A DNA stretch of 64,000 bases from the NCBI GenBank assembly GCA_025594325.1, contig JANHCV010000014.1, forward strand, positions 930,001 to 994,000, written 5' to 3'. Origin of the DNA: Blastocladiella emersonii ATCC 22665 (taxonomy: Eukaryota; Fungi; Blastocladiomycota). The notes under the pieces were generated by a model. It made no database searches. It was not told the origin of the DNA and saw only the letters and a list, made by a program, of their open reading frames with translations. This document shows positions 20,172-32,050 of this stretch, in pieces; position 1 is the stretch's first letter; the number at the start of each line of letters is the position of its first letter. Position numbers and translations under genes: made by a program.

Positions 20172-23048
20172 TCATGCATCATCACTCTTCGCGCTTGGCT
20201 CGTCCATGATCTCGCGAGGATCAACCGCATCGAGCCCCTCCTCTGTAAACCTGGGCGCGTCGGGATCGCACAACCAGATAAACTCGCGGTTCCATGCGCC
20301 AGTAACCCACGCGTCAAACCACTCAGGGAACGTTGGCGGTGCCACCCGCCCGCGCGCAACCATGCGGTACTCGTGGCGCAAGTCCAAGAGCATGCCCGGT
20401 ACAAACGCAAGAGAGATCAAGAACACGGACATGGCCGTGTCGATGGCGAGCTGCACGCGCGCCGGGTCCGCGCACTGGAACGCGAGCTTGTGCATGGCGT
20501 GATTCATGCTCCTGAGCTGCATCGCATCAGAATGCGTCTTCAGGGTCGTGTACTTCGAGGCCTTTGGTGAGAGCGATCTGATCAGGTCAACGCTGCTTTT
20601 CGCGGCGGCGTACTCGACAACGATCACGGCGCCAAATGGAACGCCCAGCCTCCGCCAAGAAAGACGCGGGCTGAGACGACGCGGTGGAGCGTTGCCCGGC
20701 CGCTCCTCGTAGAAGCAAAGTGGCTGGGAAAAGATACAGCCCGAAAACGTGTCTTTGGAGCGCGACAAGACGTCGACGAGGTCAGAGACGGGACCAGTCG
20801 GATTGACCCAACACGGGAGGTGCATTCGCGGCGCGGAGGGCGCCTGGTAATACTTGATCAGGATGAGAGTTCGGTCGATCATGTAGTTTTGGATGATCGA
20901 CTGAGGGATGGGCAAGGGCACACCTTTCGGCGCCGATGGAGCCGTTTTGAAAGCTTTTTCGCCAAGTGGAGCGCTCAAAACTCGGAGCACTGCAGGAGCG
21001 GCAGAATCAGCATCGTCAGGCGCAACCGAGGTCACGGTCATTGATGCCGTCGCGCGCTTCTGTTTCTTGCCTTTCTTCTTGGCCGGCGGCAGCTTCCCGC
21101 CGTCGCTGCTCACGCTGCTCGCGGCGACAAGCTGGGCGAGCGTAAGGTCGGGATCCGAGAGAAGCCCGTCATTGATCGAGACACGCACATCGACACCCAC
21201 TACGTTACCCGGGAGGCGCCAGTAGACGGGATTCTGCTCCAGGATGCATGGCCCGATCACGCAAGATTCAATGAAATCCTTGGCCGCGCCCCACGTTGCA
21301 TCGGCTGGAGCGACGACAACGTAGTGCCCGCGAATCTTGTCCGAATCAAAGTCCCAGATACCAGGCCCCGCGTAGTACAAGCCAATTGAAGTGGTAAGCA
21401 CCAGGTGAATGTGGACGGTTGGAACGCTGGGAAGGATACCCGGCATATCAAGAACCAAAGGATCAAACCAAGTCGGACCAGCAGTCGTGCCGCATGGCGC
21501 TGGAAGCAAGTGGAACGACGGGAGGCCGTGCTCGTCGAGGTCGCGCACCAAATCGTAATGAGGATCCAAGTTGGTAGAGCCGTGCGGTGCCTCGTCTATT
21601 TCACCTGACTGCAAAGAACCGTTAGTGACGTCCGCGTCCGTCGCAGGAAGCAAGGGACCCAAAGCGGGCAAAGTCTCCGCATCGCGCTCGGGGAAAGTGT
21701 TGCTCGCGTCACCCACACGAGGCGGCGACGAATCGCAACTGCCCGCGCCGCCGAGTCCAGACCCGGCCACGTTGGGCTCGCGCAAACCTGGAAAATCAGG
21801 ATCGCCGTCCACAGTGCGAGAGGGAGTCAGGTCCGCATCGTAGTCAAGCGAATCTGGAGCGACAGGCGCGTCGTGTTCAAGTCTAGCATCGCTCACTTCA
21901 GACTCGAGCGACAGCGACTCCGTGCGGTCAAGCAGGCTTGTAGAACGAGTCGAAGGTGCCGGCAAGATTGAAGGCGGCGGAGGAGTGGGCAAGCGTGCCG
22001 GTGGGCAAGGGGAGTGGGGCATGTCTGCATTGACAAGGAGATCGGCAGTCGCGGCGAGGGCCTGGTCATCGTTGATCGGAGCAAAATCAGAAGTAGTGGT
22101 GGGATCGGCCTCCACGGTTGTCGATGAGTGAGCAGAAGTCAAGTCGTCAACATCCGAGTTGGAAGCAAAATCGTCAGAAAGCGTTGTGTCTAAAGGCAGA
22201 GAAGCGGATTCGCTTTCGTCGTCGCTAATGCTGGTCACCGATGCAGGATCAAGTTCGGGAGCGTGCTCCGCAGCCGGAGAGAATGAAGGGTCGGGTTTTG
22301 AGGTAAGCGAGGGCTCGGGGTCCAAGTCGGATGATTGCGAAAGTGTGGCGACCAACAAACCCCCAGTTGGGGACGAGCCATCACACTGCGAATCGACGGA
22401 TGATGTGAAGGGCTGCGGCTCGCACTCACCCGCTACGGGCGGTGGCTGCTGCTGGTGCTGAGTCGGTGCCGGCCACATCGAGTAACCGTTCGACAAACAT
22501 TCACCAAGCACGGTCGCGGGACCGACCGTTGTCGTCGCACGCAACTTTGAGTCGGGAGGTGCGTACCGAGGAAGTTCGAGAACAGCAGGTCGGATGCCGA
22601 GCTGCCAGAGGTCACCCGTCGCGCCGGCCGCGTCGTATCGTTCCTGCGCTCGGAGCCGCAGCGTTCGCGCGAGATCGCCGTCGGCGTAGCAAAGCGCTGC
22701 AAGATGCCAGAACTGGCGTGGTAGGTTGAGTGCAACGAGGTCCGTCTCCAGTACTCGAAGCCACGTCGCGGGATCGGGGTCGCCGAGCGCGGTCAGGGTC
22801 GGAACGACGAGCCGCTGCTGTGTGAAGAGAAGCAAGTCAAGCTCGGATGGATTAACCGAACTAGAAGCAAATGGTGAAATCTCGGGACCAGATGCAGCCG
22901 GATGAGAGTAAGCTTGGGAGTAAGGCTGCTGCGGCTGTGGGTACGAAGGCACGGGTCCGACGAAGCCGCCCGGCCACCCGGGCGCTTGGCCCGGCGGGTG
23001 GCCCTCGTACAGGTGCGCATATTGCGCCGAGTCCCAGGAAGCTTCCAT
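20172..23048 (-). CDS. Intronless 958-aa orphan: Gag-like N-terminal domain, long P/S/D-rich linker, two candidate ubiquitin-like domains, helical tail
   Basis: Long uninterrupted ATG-initiated ORF with less GC3-biased codons than the core genes. GDPDPATWLRVLETDLVALNLPRQFWHLAALCYADG resembles the Ty3/Gypsy capsid N-terminus. Confidence 0.7.
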   Translation of the reverse strand: MEASWDSAQYAHLYEGHPPGQAPGWPGGFVGPVPSYPQPQQPYSQAYSHPAASGPEISPFASSSVNPSELDLLLFTQQRLVVPTLTALGDPDPATWLRVLETDLVALNLPRQFWHLAALCYADGDLARTLRLRAQERYDAAGATGDLWQLGIRPAVLELPRYAPPDSKLRATTTVGPATVLGECLSNGYSMWPAPTQHQQQPPPVAGECEPQPFTSSVDSQCDGSSPTGGLLVATLSQSSDLDPEPSLTSKPDPSFSPAAEHAPELDPASVTSISDDESESASLPLDTTLSDDFASNSDVDDLTSAHSSTTVEADPTTTSDFAPINDDQALAATADLLVNADMPHSPCPPARLPTPPPPSILPAPSTRSTSLLDRTESLSLESEVSDARLEHDAPVAPDSLDYDADLTPSRTVDGDPDFPGLREPNVAGSGLGGAGSCDSSPPRVGDASNTFPERDAETLPALGPLLPATDADVTNGSLQSGEIDEAPHGSTNLDPHYDLVRDLDEHGLPSFHLLPAPCGTTAGPTWFDPLVLDMPGILPSVPTVHIHLVLTTSIGLYYAGPGIWDFDSDKIRGHYVVVAPADATWGAAKDFIESCVIGPCILEQNPVYWRLPGNVVGVDVRVSINDGLLSDPDLTLAQLVAASSVSSDGGKLPPAKKKGKKQKRATASMTVTSVAPDDADSAAPAVLRVLSAPLGEKAFKTAPSAPKGVPLPIPQSIIQNYMIDRTLILIKYYQAPSAPRMHLPCWVNPTGPVSDLVDVLSRSKDTFSGCIFSQPLCFYEERPGNAPPRRLSPRLSWRRLGVPFGAVIVVEYAAAKSSVDLIRSLSPKASKYTTLKTHSDAMQLRSMNHAMHKLAFQCADPARVQLAIDTAMSVFLISLAFVPGMLLDLRHEYRMVARGRVAPPTFPEWFDAWVTGAWNREFIWLCDPDAPRFTEEGLDAVDPREIMDEPSAKSDDA

Positions 23049-23542
23049 TTGTTTTGCATGCAGTGTAGCGAGCGTTCACGGGAGCCGGAACCCGGAGTCG
23101 CACAGCGACGCCCGATGAAGTTTCAAGTTTCGAACCCAGCCACGCACGTGGGGCCCGTGCACATTAGCAACGCCCACCACACGCCCGTGTTGAAAGGGCC
23201 CGTACCTCTTCTCGCAAGTTCATTGTCGGCCAGTCGGCCGTCCAGCTCATGGATCTACGCTCATCCTGTTCCTCGCCGTCGTCATCAGCTTCGCCATCAG
23301 ACGCGTCAGGCAGTGCTGGCGGCCGAGGTGACGGACGGTGGCGGGTGCGCAGTCCATCGGTGGCCGACTCGACGACGCTCCAAGGTCCGTGCGGTGAAGC
23401 GCACGCGCGTCTCGCCCCTGCCTTGTCCCTCAAAAATAGATGGTCCCGTTTCTGACCTGCAACCTCTCTTCCGCAACGCGACACAAGTCCAGTGGAGTCC
23501 AGATCGAAATTCGAATGAAGGATATCTATGTACACGCAACGA

Positions 23543-26118
23543 TTACGACCGACGCCCGCCACCACCAACAGCGACACCGCCGCGGTGCTGGCTGCTGCGC
23601 ATGCGGGCCTTGCGCGCCGCGTTCTTGTGCCGCTTCTTGAGCTCGGCGTGCAGATCCCACCGGCGCGCCGCCCACGTCTCCTTGACCTGCGCGTCCGTCT
23701 GCGTCCGCACAAACGCCTTGGTCTCGAGGGCGCCGAGCCGGTCGCCGACGAAGAAGAGCGTCGAGGCCAGCGTGGCCGTGCGGCCCGACTTGGCCGACGC
23801 GGGTGCCGCCGTCGACTTGGCCGCGACCGTCGCGAAGAAGGGCTTGGCGTCGGAGTCGCTCGCCGTCGCGGTGGTAGTCGTGGTGGACGAGCCGAACAGG
23901 CTGAACGACGACTTGGACTCGGCCGCGGGACCCGTCTTGCCGAACATGGTCGCAAAGTCGGTGTTGATCATGCTGCCCGACTTGGAGAAGGTCGGCGCGG
24001 CCGCGGAGGCAGACTCGGCGGTGCTGCCGAAGAGGCCGTCGAGGAACGAGGGGGTGGCCACCTCGGGCTTCTGCTTGGCCTCGGCCTCGTCATCGCTGCT
24101 GCTACTTGAGTCGTCGGCGTCCGAGTCCTCCTCGTCCGACGACGACTCCGAGTCCGACGCGTCCGAACCGGCAGCAGCGACCGCGGGCGGCTCGGGCTCG
24201 ACGGGCTTGACCTCGAACCGGTCCGCGTTGGCCGCGTCGGGGTCGTAGAACGACATGCCCGTGAGCTCGAACGTGCGGTCGGCCTGCGCGGCCTCGGCGC
24301 GCGTCGTGCCCTTGGCGGCGCCCGTGTTCGGAGCGGACTTTGACACGTCGCGCTTGGTCACCTCCTCGCCGAACATGCCCGCGAGCACGTCCATGGCCAT
24401 GGACCGCTCCTTGCGCACGTTGCGCGCCGCATTCTCGTCGTCGGGGTCAAGCGCGTCGCCGTCCGCGTCGCGAGACTCGTCGCCCGCGTCCGACTCGGCG
24501 TCGCTCTCCCCCTCACCGTCAGCGTCCGAGCGCGGCTGCTCGTCCTCGTCGGCAGCGGTGGCAAAGTCGGCCGTGAACTGGAAGCGATCGTCGCCGCCCG
24601 CCTTCTTCTGCAGCGCCATGAGCTGCTTGCCCTTGGGCCCCATGAACTGCTCCTTGAACTCTACAACGGTGGCGGGCGAGGCGTGGGTTAGTTCTAGTTC
24701 GGATGGCAAGGTGGCGAGAGGGGTGAAAGCGTACCGAAGCGGTCGGCATCCTCGTCCTCGGATCCAGCATCGGCAGCCGACTTCTCGACCGAAGCGGGCG
24801 ACTCGGCCTCGCCGTCGTCGTCCGAGAACAGGTCCATGGCGTCGGTCGCGGCGGGAGCGGGTGCGGGCGCAGCGGGAGCGGGCTCATCGACCGACATGGC
24901 GTCGGACTCGTCGTCCTCCTCCTCGTCGTTGTCGTCGGACGACGATGTGGGCGCCGACTCGATCTCGACGTGCTCGTAGGCCTTGTGGTACTGGGTGTCG
25001 GGCGTCTCCTCCTCCTCCTCGGCTTCCTCGCCGTACTGATCACCCTCGTCGTAGTGCTCCGCCTCCTCGTAGTACTGCTCCTCGTCGTGGTGGTAGCCGA
25101 CGGGCCCCTCGTGGTGCCGCTTCGACTGCTGCTGCTGCTGCTGGGCGCGCCAGTCCGACTCGGCGCGCGAATCGAAATAGTCGCCGTGGTCGCGCTGATC
25201 GTAGCCGCGGTCGAACCCGTCGCCACCGTAGTCACGGTCGCGGTCGCGAATGACCCACGTGAGCTGCGCGACGGGCTTGTTGCGGGCGTTCAGGTACAGG
25301 CGCTCGAACGTGTCGCGCAGGCGCGTCGGGTCCATGGTGATGGGGCCGAGCGGGGTGCGCAGGCGGCGCATGACGGGCAGGACGCGGCCGAACCGCGCGC
25401 GCTTCCACCACTTGTGCTCGCCCTTGCCGTCGAGCTGCATGTCGTCGTGCATGACCTGCGAGATGGTGCGCTTCTCGGCCCCCGCCAGCGTGCCGCGGGC
25501 CTCGCGCTTGCGCTCGGCGATGCGCTTGCGCTGCCACTCGGCCCAGCCGTCGAGCGGGAACGGGTCGCGCGGTTTTTGGGGGAAGTTGACGGCACGGCGG
25601 GCCTCCTTGGCGGCGCTCGCGGCGCGCTCGGCGGCCAGGCGCGCCTCGTACGACTCGCGCGCCGGGTGCAGGTGGATCACGCCGCCCTTCCACTTGGACC
25701 CGTTGTACGTGTTGAGCAGCTTCTGCACCTGCGCGTCGGTGCCGGCGAGCGTGAAGTGCGCGAACCCGCGCGGCACGCCCGTCTCCGACTGCGGGATGGC
25801 CACGTCCGAGATGGTGCCAAACGAGCGGAACCGCGTGGCAAAGTCCGACGCGGCGACGGAGTCGCGGAAGCCGCCAATGTGCAGCCGGTGCTGCTTGACG
25901 GTCGTGTCGTCGGCCTTCGGGGCCGGTGCCGCCGGTGCGGGTTTCGGCGTAGATGCGGGTTCGGCATCGGCCGTGGTGGTGGTTGTTGGGGTGGGCTTCG
26001 GGGCCGTGCGAGGAGGTCCGCCAGCGGGGCGAGCGCCGCCTCGGCTGCCGCCACGACCGCCGCGAGGGGCGCCGCGAGGAGCACCACCACGCGATCCACC
26101 GCGTGCAGAATTTTCCAT
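23543..26118 (-). CDS. NOL8: Nucleolar protein 8-like RRM protein; intron about 24660-24735
   Basis: RLHIGG, RFRSFGTISDV, RGFAHFTL, and LLNTYNGSKWKGGVIHLHPARESY (typical of NOL8), followed by long acidic low-complexity tracts. Confidence 0.8.
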
Positions 26119-26336
26119 GGTTGTTACGTTTTTTTTCCGTGTGCGTCGTGGTTGGCGGGGTCGAGACGCGTCGAGGACGGCGGCTGGGGTGGCGGAGGTA
26201 TACAGTGTTGATTTGACGTCACGCGACTGCGGCTGACCCGTCGCTACGCCACTCCGACTTCGCTTCTCTCCCAGCAGCTCTCCCGACTCCCCCTCTCATT
26301 CTTGCTGGCCTCGCAATGCAAACAGATTGAAGTCGA

Positions 26337-27386
26337 ATGAACCTGATGCAGTGGTTAGATGCGACAGAATCGATTGTTATGCTCGTTTTCGTCGTGGTGG
26401 TTGGGCTCGCGACCGTCGCCCTCGTTGCCCGCTTCCTGCTGGCGCCCAAACGGCTCGACTGGGACACGCAGCTCGCTCTGCTGACCGGTGGGTCACACGG
26501 TGTCGGTCTTGCGACGGCCAAGCGGCTGCTCGCCAAGTCGCCATCGCTGCGCTTAGTCGTCGTTGACCGCGAGCCGCCCGAGGAGGACTGGGTCCCCGAG
26601 TCGGACGCGCACCGCGTCGATCTTGTGACCTGCGACTTGGCTGGTAGCGCAGGCATGAACGCGGAGCAGCAGCACGCCCATCTGGCTGCCCTCGTTGACC
26701 GAGTCATCGCGAAGCACGGCGTCCCGACCATCCTCATCAACAATGCGGGCGTCGTCTCGGGCAAGTACTTGACGGATCTCGTGCCCGCCGACGTGGACCG
26801 CACGCTCGCCGTGAACTTGCGCGCGCCCATGTTCCTGACCCAGCTGCTCCTCCCGCACTGGATCGCGGCCGACGCGGGCCACGTCCTGCACGTCGGCTCT
26901 GCGGCGGGACTCGTCGGACTCGCGTGGCTGACCGATTACTGCGCGAGCAAGTTTGCGCTGCTCGGGTTCCACGAGTCGCTGCGCCAGGAGTTGCGGCACA
27001 CCAACGTGAAGACGAGCATCGTGTGCCCGTCGCACATCCGCACGCGGCTGTTTGCCTCGGTCACGGTCCCGTTCCAGTTTCTGTGCCCGTCGCTCGAGCC
27101 CGACTACGTCGCGCGTGCCATCGTCGACACGCTGGACCGGAACGCGAGCCAGGACGTGTGGCTGCCGCTCTTCACCTGGACCTCGCTCATCGTCCGCGCC
27201 GCGCCCATCTGGCTCAACGACTTTGGTCACTGGGTACGCTTTTCTCAGTCGCGGCGCTCGGGATCTGGCGGTTCCTGACACTGCTTGCTGTAGTTCATGG
27301 ACACAAACCACTTCCTCCTCGAGTCCAAGGCTCCGCCGCACGGTCAGCGCTCGTGGGCGAAATCGCGCGCCAAGAAACTCGACTAG
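26337..27386 (+). CDS. Membrane-anchored short-chain dehydrogenase/reductase (SDR16C/RDH10-like); intron about 27235-27294
   Basis: N-terminal TM segment, LLTGGSHGVG, ILINNAGV, catalytic YCASK, and VCPSHIRT. Confidence 0.9.
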
Positions 27387-28001
27387 ACGTCCGCACATCA
27401 ATAGACCAACTCCTACACCCACGCTTGGATCCTCGCTCAACCATGTCTTCGTCGTTATCGATGACTGTGCGCTGCCGTTGCCGCTGCCGCCGCCGCTGCC
27501 GCAAGGTTCTGTGCCCACGAGGCCGCACAGCGAGCGATCACACGACGCGGAACTCAAGGCGGATGAACTTGATGCAGCGCGCGAGGAGCGTCGCCGATTC
27601 GAGAGTTGATCCAGCACGCGCCACGACTCTGAAGTGGAATCCGACGTCGACGAGACGTGGCCCACGCGGCTCGTGGCGCACCTGTGGCGCAAAGGAACGC
27701 TGGTCATTGGCCAACTGGTCGTCGCGTGAGTGGCACAGCTGCATGAGCGCCGCGCACCTGCAGCTCGCCGGCACTTCGCGCGTGCGCGCATCTGTCCGGC
27801 TGACCGCCGTCTCCATGTGGGTCGTTGCAGCGCTTGTGTTTTGCACTTCTCGGCGCGTGCGCTCGAGTTGGCGGGCGTGCAGGCGGCGAGCTGTGCGTGT
27901 GCATAACGCAAGCGAGCAACCGGGTATAAGTATCACCCCGATCCCCGACGATGCCCTCGCTCTCGTTCTCACCCGTCCGCTTGCGGCACTCACGAACAAC
28001 C

Positions 28002-29239
28002 ATGTGGAACCAGATCAACCTCCTCGTGTTTGCGGTTCTCGCTATCGCCGTCCAGTCGGTCGCTGCCTCATGGATGGAGCTCGAGTACGGCTCATCCGCC
28101 CAACGGAACCAAGCACGACCGAGCTGCTCACGCAGCGTTCGCCCGCCTTTGTAGCACCGCGCTCTCGATCGTCGGCATGGCGCGCGACAGATCCGACTAC
28201 GTGACAACGGGTCGCTGCGTCGACTTTTCCGATGCCACCGCCAGTACGTTTGCCGTTTCGCTCGAGCCTGAAAAAGGGTCTCGCTGATGACTTGCCGCGC
28301 CATGTACTAGATGGCGTGTCCGCCATGTCGCAGCTCTGGGCCTGCTCGCACACCTGGGACGGTACGGGCTCGCCGCACGAGCACCGGGTCGGTTACGACA
28401 CGAACAGCGGCTGGGCGTGGATCCGCCATCGCTTCCGCGGCGTCGACTACTGCCTCGACGTGCCCGACGGCAACGCGTACGCGGGCGCGATTGTTCGTTG
28501 GTGGAAGTGGTACGATCTGATCGCTTGCTTGCTCGAGCTACCGGCCGCTGGGATCACTCACTCGAGCGCGACTTGTCTGTAGCAACGGCTCCAAGGCCCA
28601 GGCCTGGTACATCCCGACCAGGGCCGAAGGCGGCCCGATTCGCTCGGACCTCAACACGAATCTCTGCCTCGATCCTGACCAGGGTACCATTTCCTTGCCA
28701 AAACGGGTCGCTCATGTCGAAGCTGGGGAACTGACCGATGTGTTCATCCTCGTCCAGGCTTCAACGACGATCGCAACGGGCAGAAGCTCAAGCTGTGGCA
28801 CTGCCACGGCGGGCGTGAGCAGCAGTTTGCCCTCGGTAAGCTCAACACGAACGGCCTTCCTGAGATGAAGCATTGGTGCTCCGCCAAGAACAGCTCGCTC
28901 TTTAAATGCCATCTCAGCTGCTCGCGCTACGACAAGTGGGCATACATGTGGTTCGACGGGGTGACCTACTCGTGTGGCTTCCCGTACGGCACGCAAAACG
29001 GCCCAGTGTGTGTGTCGAGCCTCAACCCGATGCAACATCAGCATGAAAACCCTCCCAAGTACAACATTTGCGGTTGCGAGTGCTACAACCGTAAGTGGCG
29101 AACGCTCATGAGCGTTGGCTCGAGCCCGGCGACCATGGCCGTGGTCGGAAGCCAGACCCGCGCGGCTGCCCTTGCAACGGCACACCCAACGGAGCTGGCG
29201 AACGCTGCGGCCGCGCAGCAAACTCCGGTGCTCGACTGA
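28002..29239 (+). CDS. Secreted ricin-B (beta-trefoil) lectin-domain protein with a Cys-rich C-terminal domain; four short introns
   Basis: Signal peptide MWNQINLLVFAVLAIAVQSVAA; GRCVDF, SQLWAC, YCLDVPDGNAYAGAIVRWWKCNGSKAQAW, LCLDPD, and LKLWHCHGGREQQF. Confidence 0.75.
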
Positions 29240-29601
29240 GTCGTTGACGTTTTTCTTCTTTGAGTTGCAGTTGTGTTGTTGCGTCCAATCAAGTTAAAAT
29301 CTCGCTGTTGAACAGTCTCATTTCTTGGTGGGTTGAGCGTGGGAGTTCAGGTCGTGAGCGTTCACGAGATTGAGAGTGAACCTGACGAGTGCGAACTTAG
29401 TTTACGCACCATCCGCGAGATCTTCGAGTGGTTCTTGAGCGCAACTTGGGGCAAGCGCGGGACGCGAGGCATGAGACGCGTCGATTAATCATCCGACCGC
29501 ACGTGGCCACCGGAGCTGTGGCGCCGTGATTTCCCGCCGCGTTCGTCAGGTCGCTTCCTCGCCTCCCCCCTCTCCAGCCACGGACCTCCCAACCACCCAC
29601 A

Positions 29602-32050
29602 ATGAATAGGAACTCGATGCAATCACATGAACCGGGCCCGGATGCTCGATTCTTCGCTTGGCTCCCAGCGGAACTTGCAACTTGTGTGCTTCGCCTCGCG
29701 GACCCGCGCACCGTCATCGCCGCGGCCTCGGCGACCCTTTGCGTCCTCGCTCGCGATGAGCCGACCTGCTTGCAGTGGAGCGTCGCCGTCGTTGTGCGCC
29801 TCAGCCCGCTTGCCGCTCACAACGTAAAGCCAACGGGCGACGCCTTTGATCGGCTTCTCGAGCTTGCCTCAGACCCCGCGGACGTTTTGCAGTCTCTTCG
29901 GAACGTGACTTGTCAAGAACTTCAAACCAATCAACACACTGCGACCTCGGCGGAAATTCTCGTCAACGTGGCCAAGGTCATGCTTCGCCGCGTCCGGCTG
30001 GACGACATTCGCGCATGGGACCCTCGCAACTGCCGCCATAACGATTCATTTCGCACGCTCGATAATGTTCTCTGGAAGTGCTCACTTCGCGTGCTCGTGC
30101 GGATTATCACAACTGCTCTTATCCGGGGCTGGACAGATATCTTCTGGCCCGTCCTTGACATGGTCGCCGCCGGATCGACCGCAATACTCGGTACTCCCCG
30201 AGAATTCCTCGTCTGGGCGCCTCGCGATCTGATCACCGCGCACTACTCCTTGAACCCAGGAGCTCATGTCGATGACGGTATGGATGTGGACGACGTCGAT
30301 GACGATGACCTTGGGCTTTTGGACTTTCCGATGCGCTTTGCTGACGCAATTACCTGCTGTACGCTTCTGTACGGGAGTCGGTCTGATTTCGAGCGGCTTC
30401 TTGGCGACCCTCGGTACATGGTGGACTCGCATGCCTTTGCCTCGCTGCTTTGCTTCAACGCACCAGCACGCTTCTTCATTCAAACGGTAGTCTATTCCAA
30501 GTTTGCTTCTCGCAACCTTGACATTTCTCCAATTTGCATTCCATACTTAACCATGGTATTTGAAGCGGAATCGCCAATGCGAGAGGCGGTGCGCAACATG
30601 TACGTCAGCGCCGCGGTCGAACTGGGCCCGCAAATCTTCCTCGCTTTGCTGCGCCGCTTCCCCGATCAATTCATGGCCGCGTTGACTGTTGACGACGAGC
30701 TCCACGATGCGCGAGTCGAGCCCGCAGTCCCCTTTTTCTACGAAAGGAAGGACGACTATGACTTCCTCGCCCATGTCCCCGATTTCGATTTCTCCGAGCT
30801 CGGCGGCCACATCGCCCTGTGGTTTGACAGCATGGAGCTCTCCGTCGCCGACTTCGAGCTGCTCAGCGCGCACGATCTCGTGGCGCCCAAGCGCTGGCCG
30901 GCGATTCTTGGTGCCGCGCTTGCCCGCGGGGAATTAGAGTACGTCGCCCAGCTCCGCGAGTGGTATGGTCCCGAGGAGTGGGAGCAGCTGCTTCTGAACG
31001 GCATGTCAACGTTTTCTCTCTCGACTCGAAAGTGGTTCAGCGTAGGTTCTGACGCGTTCGATCGCACCGCTAGCCTTTTGCGACGGTCTTCGTGCCGGGC
31101 GTCCACTCAAGGACATCAACAAGCATGTGTTGAACTTTGCTCTCATTCCGAGCACCCTTATCGGAAGCGACACTCGCTTGACGCTGCCCGATTTCGTCAA
31201 GGCGTTCCAGCAGCACCGTTTGGCGCACGAAGCGTACCCTGAGGCGAAATTCGCCGAGTTTCTCTTCAGCGAGGAGGAAATCCTTCTCCCCACGGAGCTG
31301 CTCGATCTGTTGACTTCGCATACCGCGGACGAGCATTTCGCTTGGGTGACGTCGGTCGACATTTCGCAGCTGCTTGTCTTGGCCTTTGAGCACACTGACT
31401 ATCGACAGTATTTCATGAAACTGATCCGTGATTCGGGCCTGGCTCACCAATTGCTCCACATCTTCATCCTCGCATTGTTCCCACCCGCGGGCGAACAGTT
31501 GACGCGCAATGAGTTTGCCTCCTTGGGCGGCGGCCTTGTCTCCTCGATCTGCAGCAGTTGCCCCTTTGGAGCACAGTTGCACTGGCGCGGGCTTTTTCGC
31601 TCGTTTGCGGAGTACTGCACGTTTCAGACAGCCGAATCAATTGCGTTCGGTGTTGACCGGTTGTGGTCGCGCCTGAGCAAGTCTTGCTTTGCCGAAAACG
31701 ATGTATCTGTTTTGCCGTGCACGCACGACCGCATGGCCTCCACTGGATGCGACCGCCTGGATTCCGCTCGGTGCTTTCTGAAGCTGCTGTTCGACTGTAA
31801 CCCGCAGCGAGCCCTTGATTCGTTGCGGGACGAAGTCGAAGCAGGCACGACCGCGGTTTCGCCGCTCATCCTGTGTATCCTTCCCAACAAGGCGCTGGAC
31901 GGTCTCGCGGACCCTGAAGAACTGCTCACATTTGTGCTCAAACTGAGCGAGCTCGCGGTATCGGATGCACGCGACGACTCCGCTTGGATTGCTCGCGAGG
32001 TTGATCGGGTTGCGCCTGAGGCGTTCAAGATTGTGGGCGGCAGACTGTGA
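29602..32050 (+). CDS. F-box-like helical-family paralog; probable GC-AG intron 31001-31073
   Basis: RFFAWLPAELATCVLRLA motif. The two ORFs join in frame via GCATGT...CTGAC...CTAG at the position equivalent to the 3600 gene's intron. Confidence 0.68.

Noticed and set aside
6964-23048. Endogenous giant-virus segment
   Set aside because: No viral hallmark genes (capsid, packaging ATPase, PolB, VLTF) were seen, and the ankyrin-like genes are interleaved with spliced host genes.
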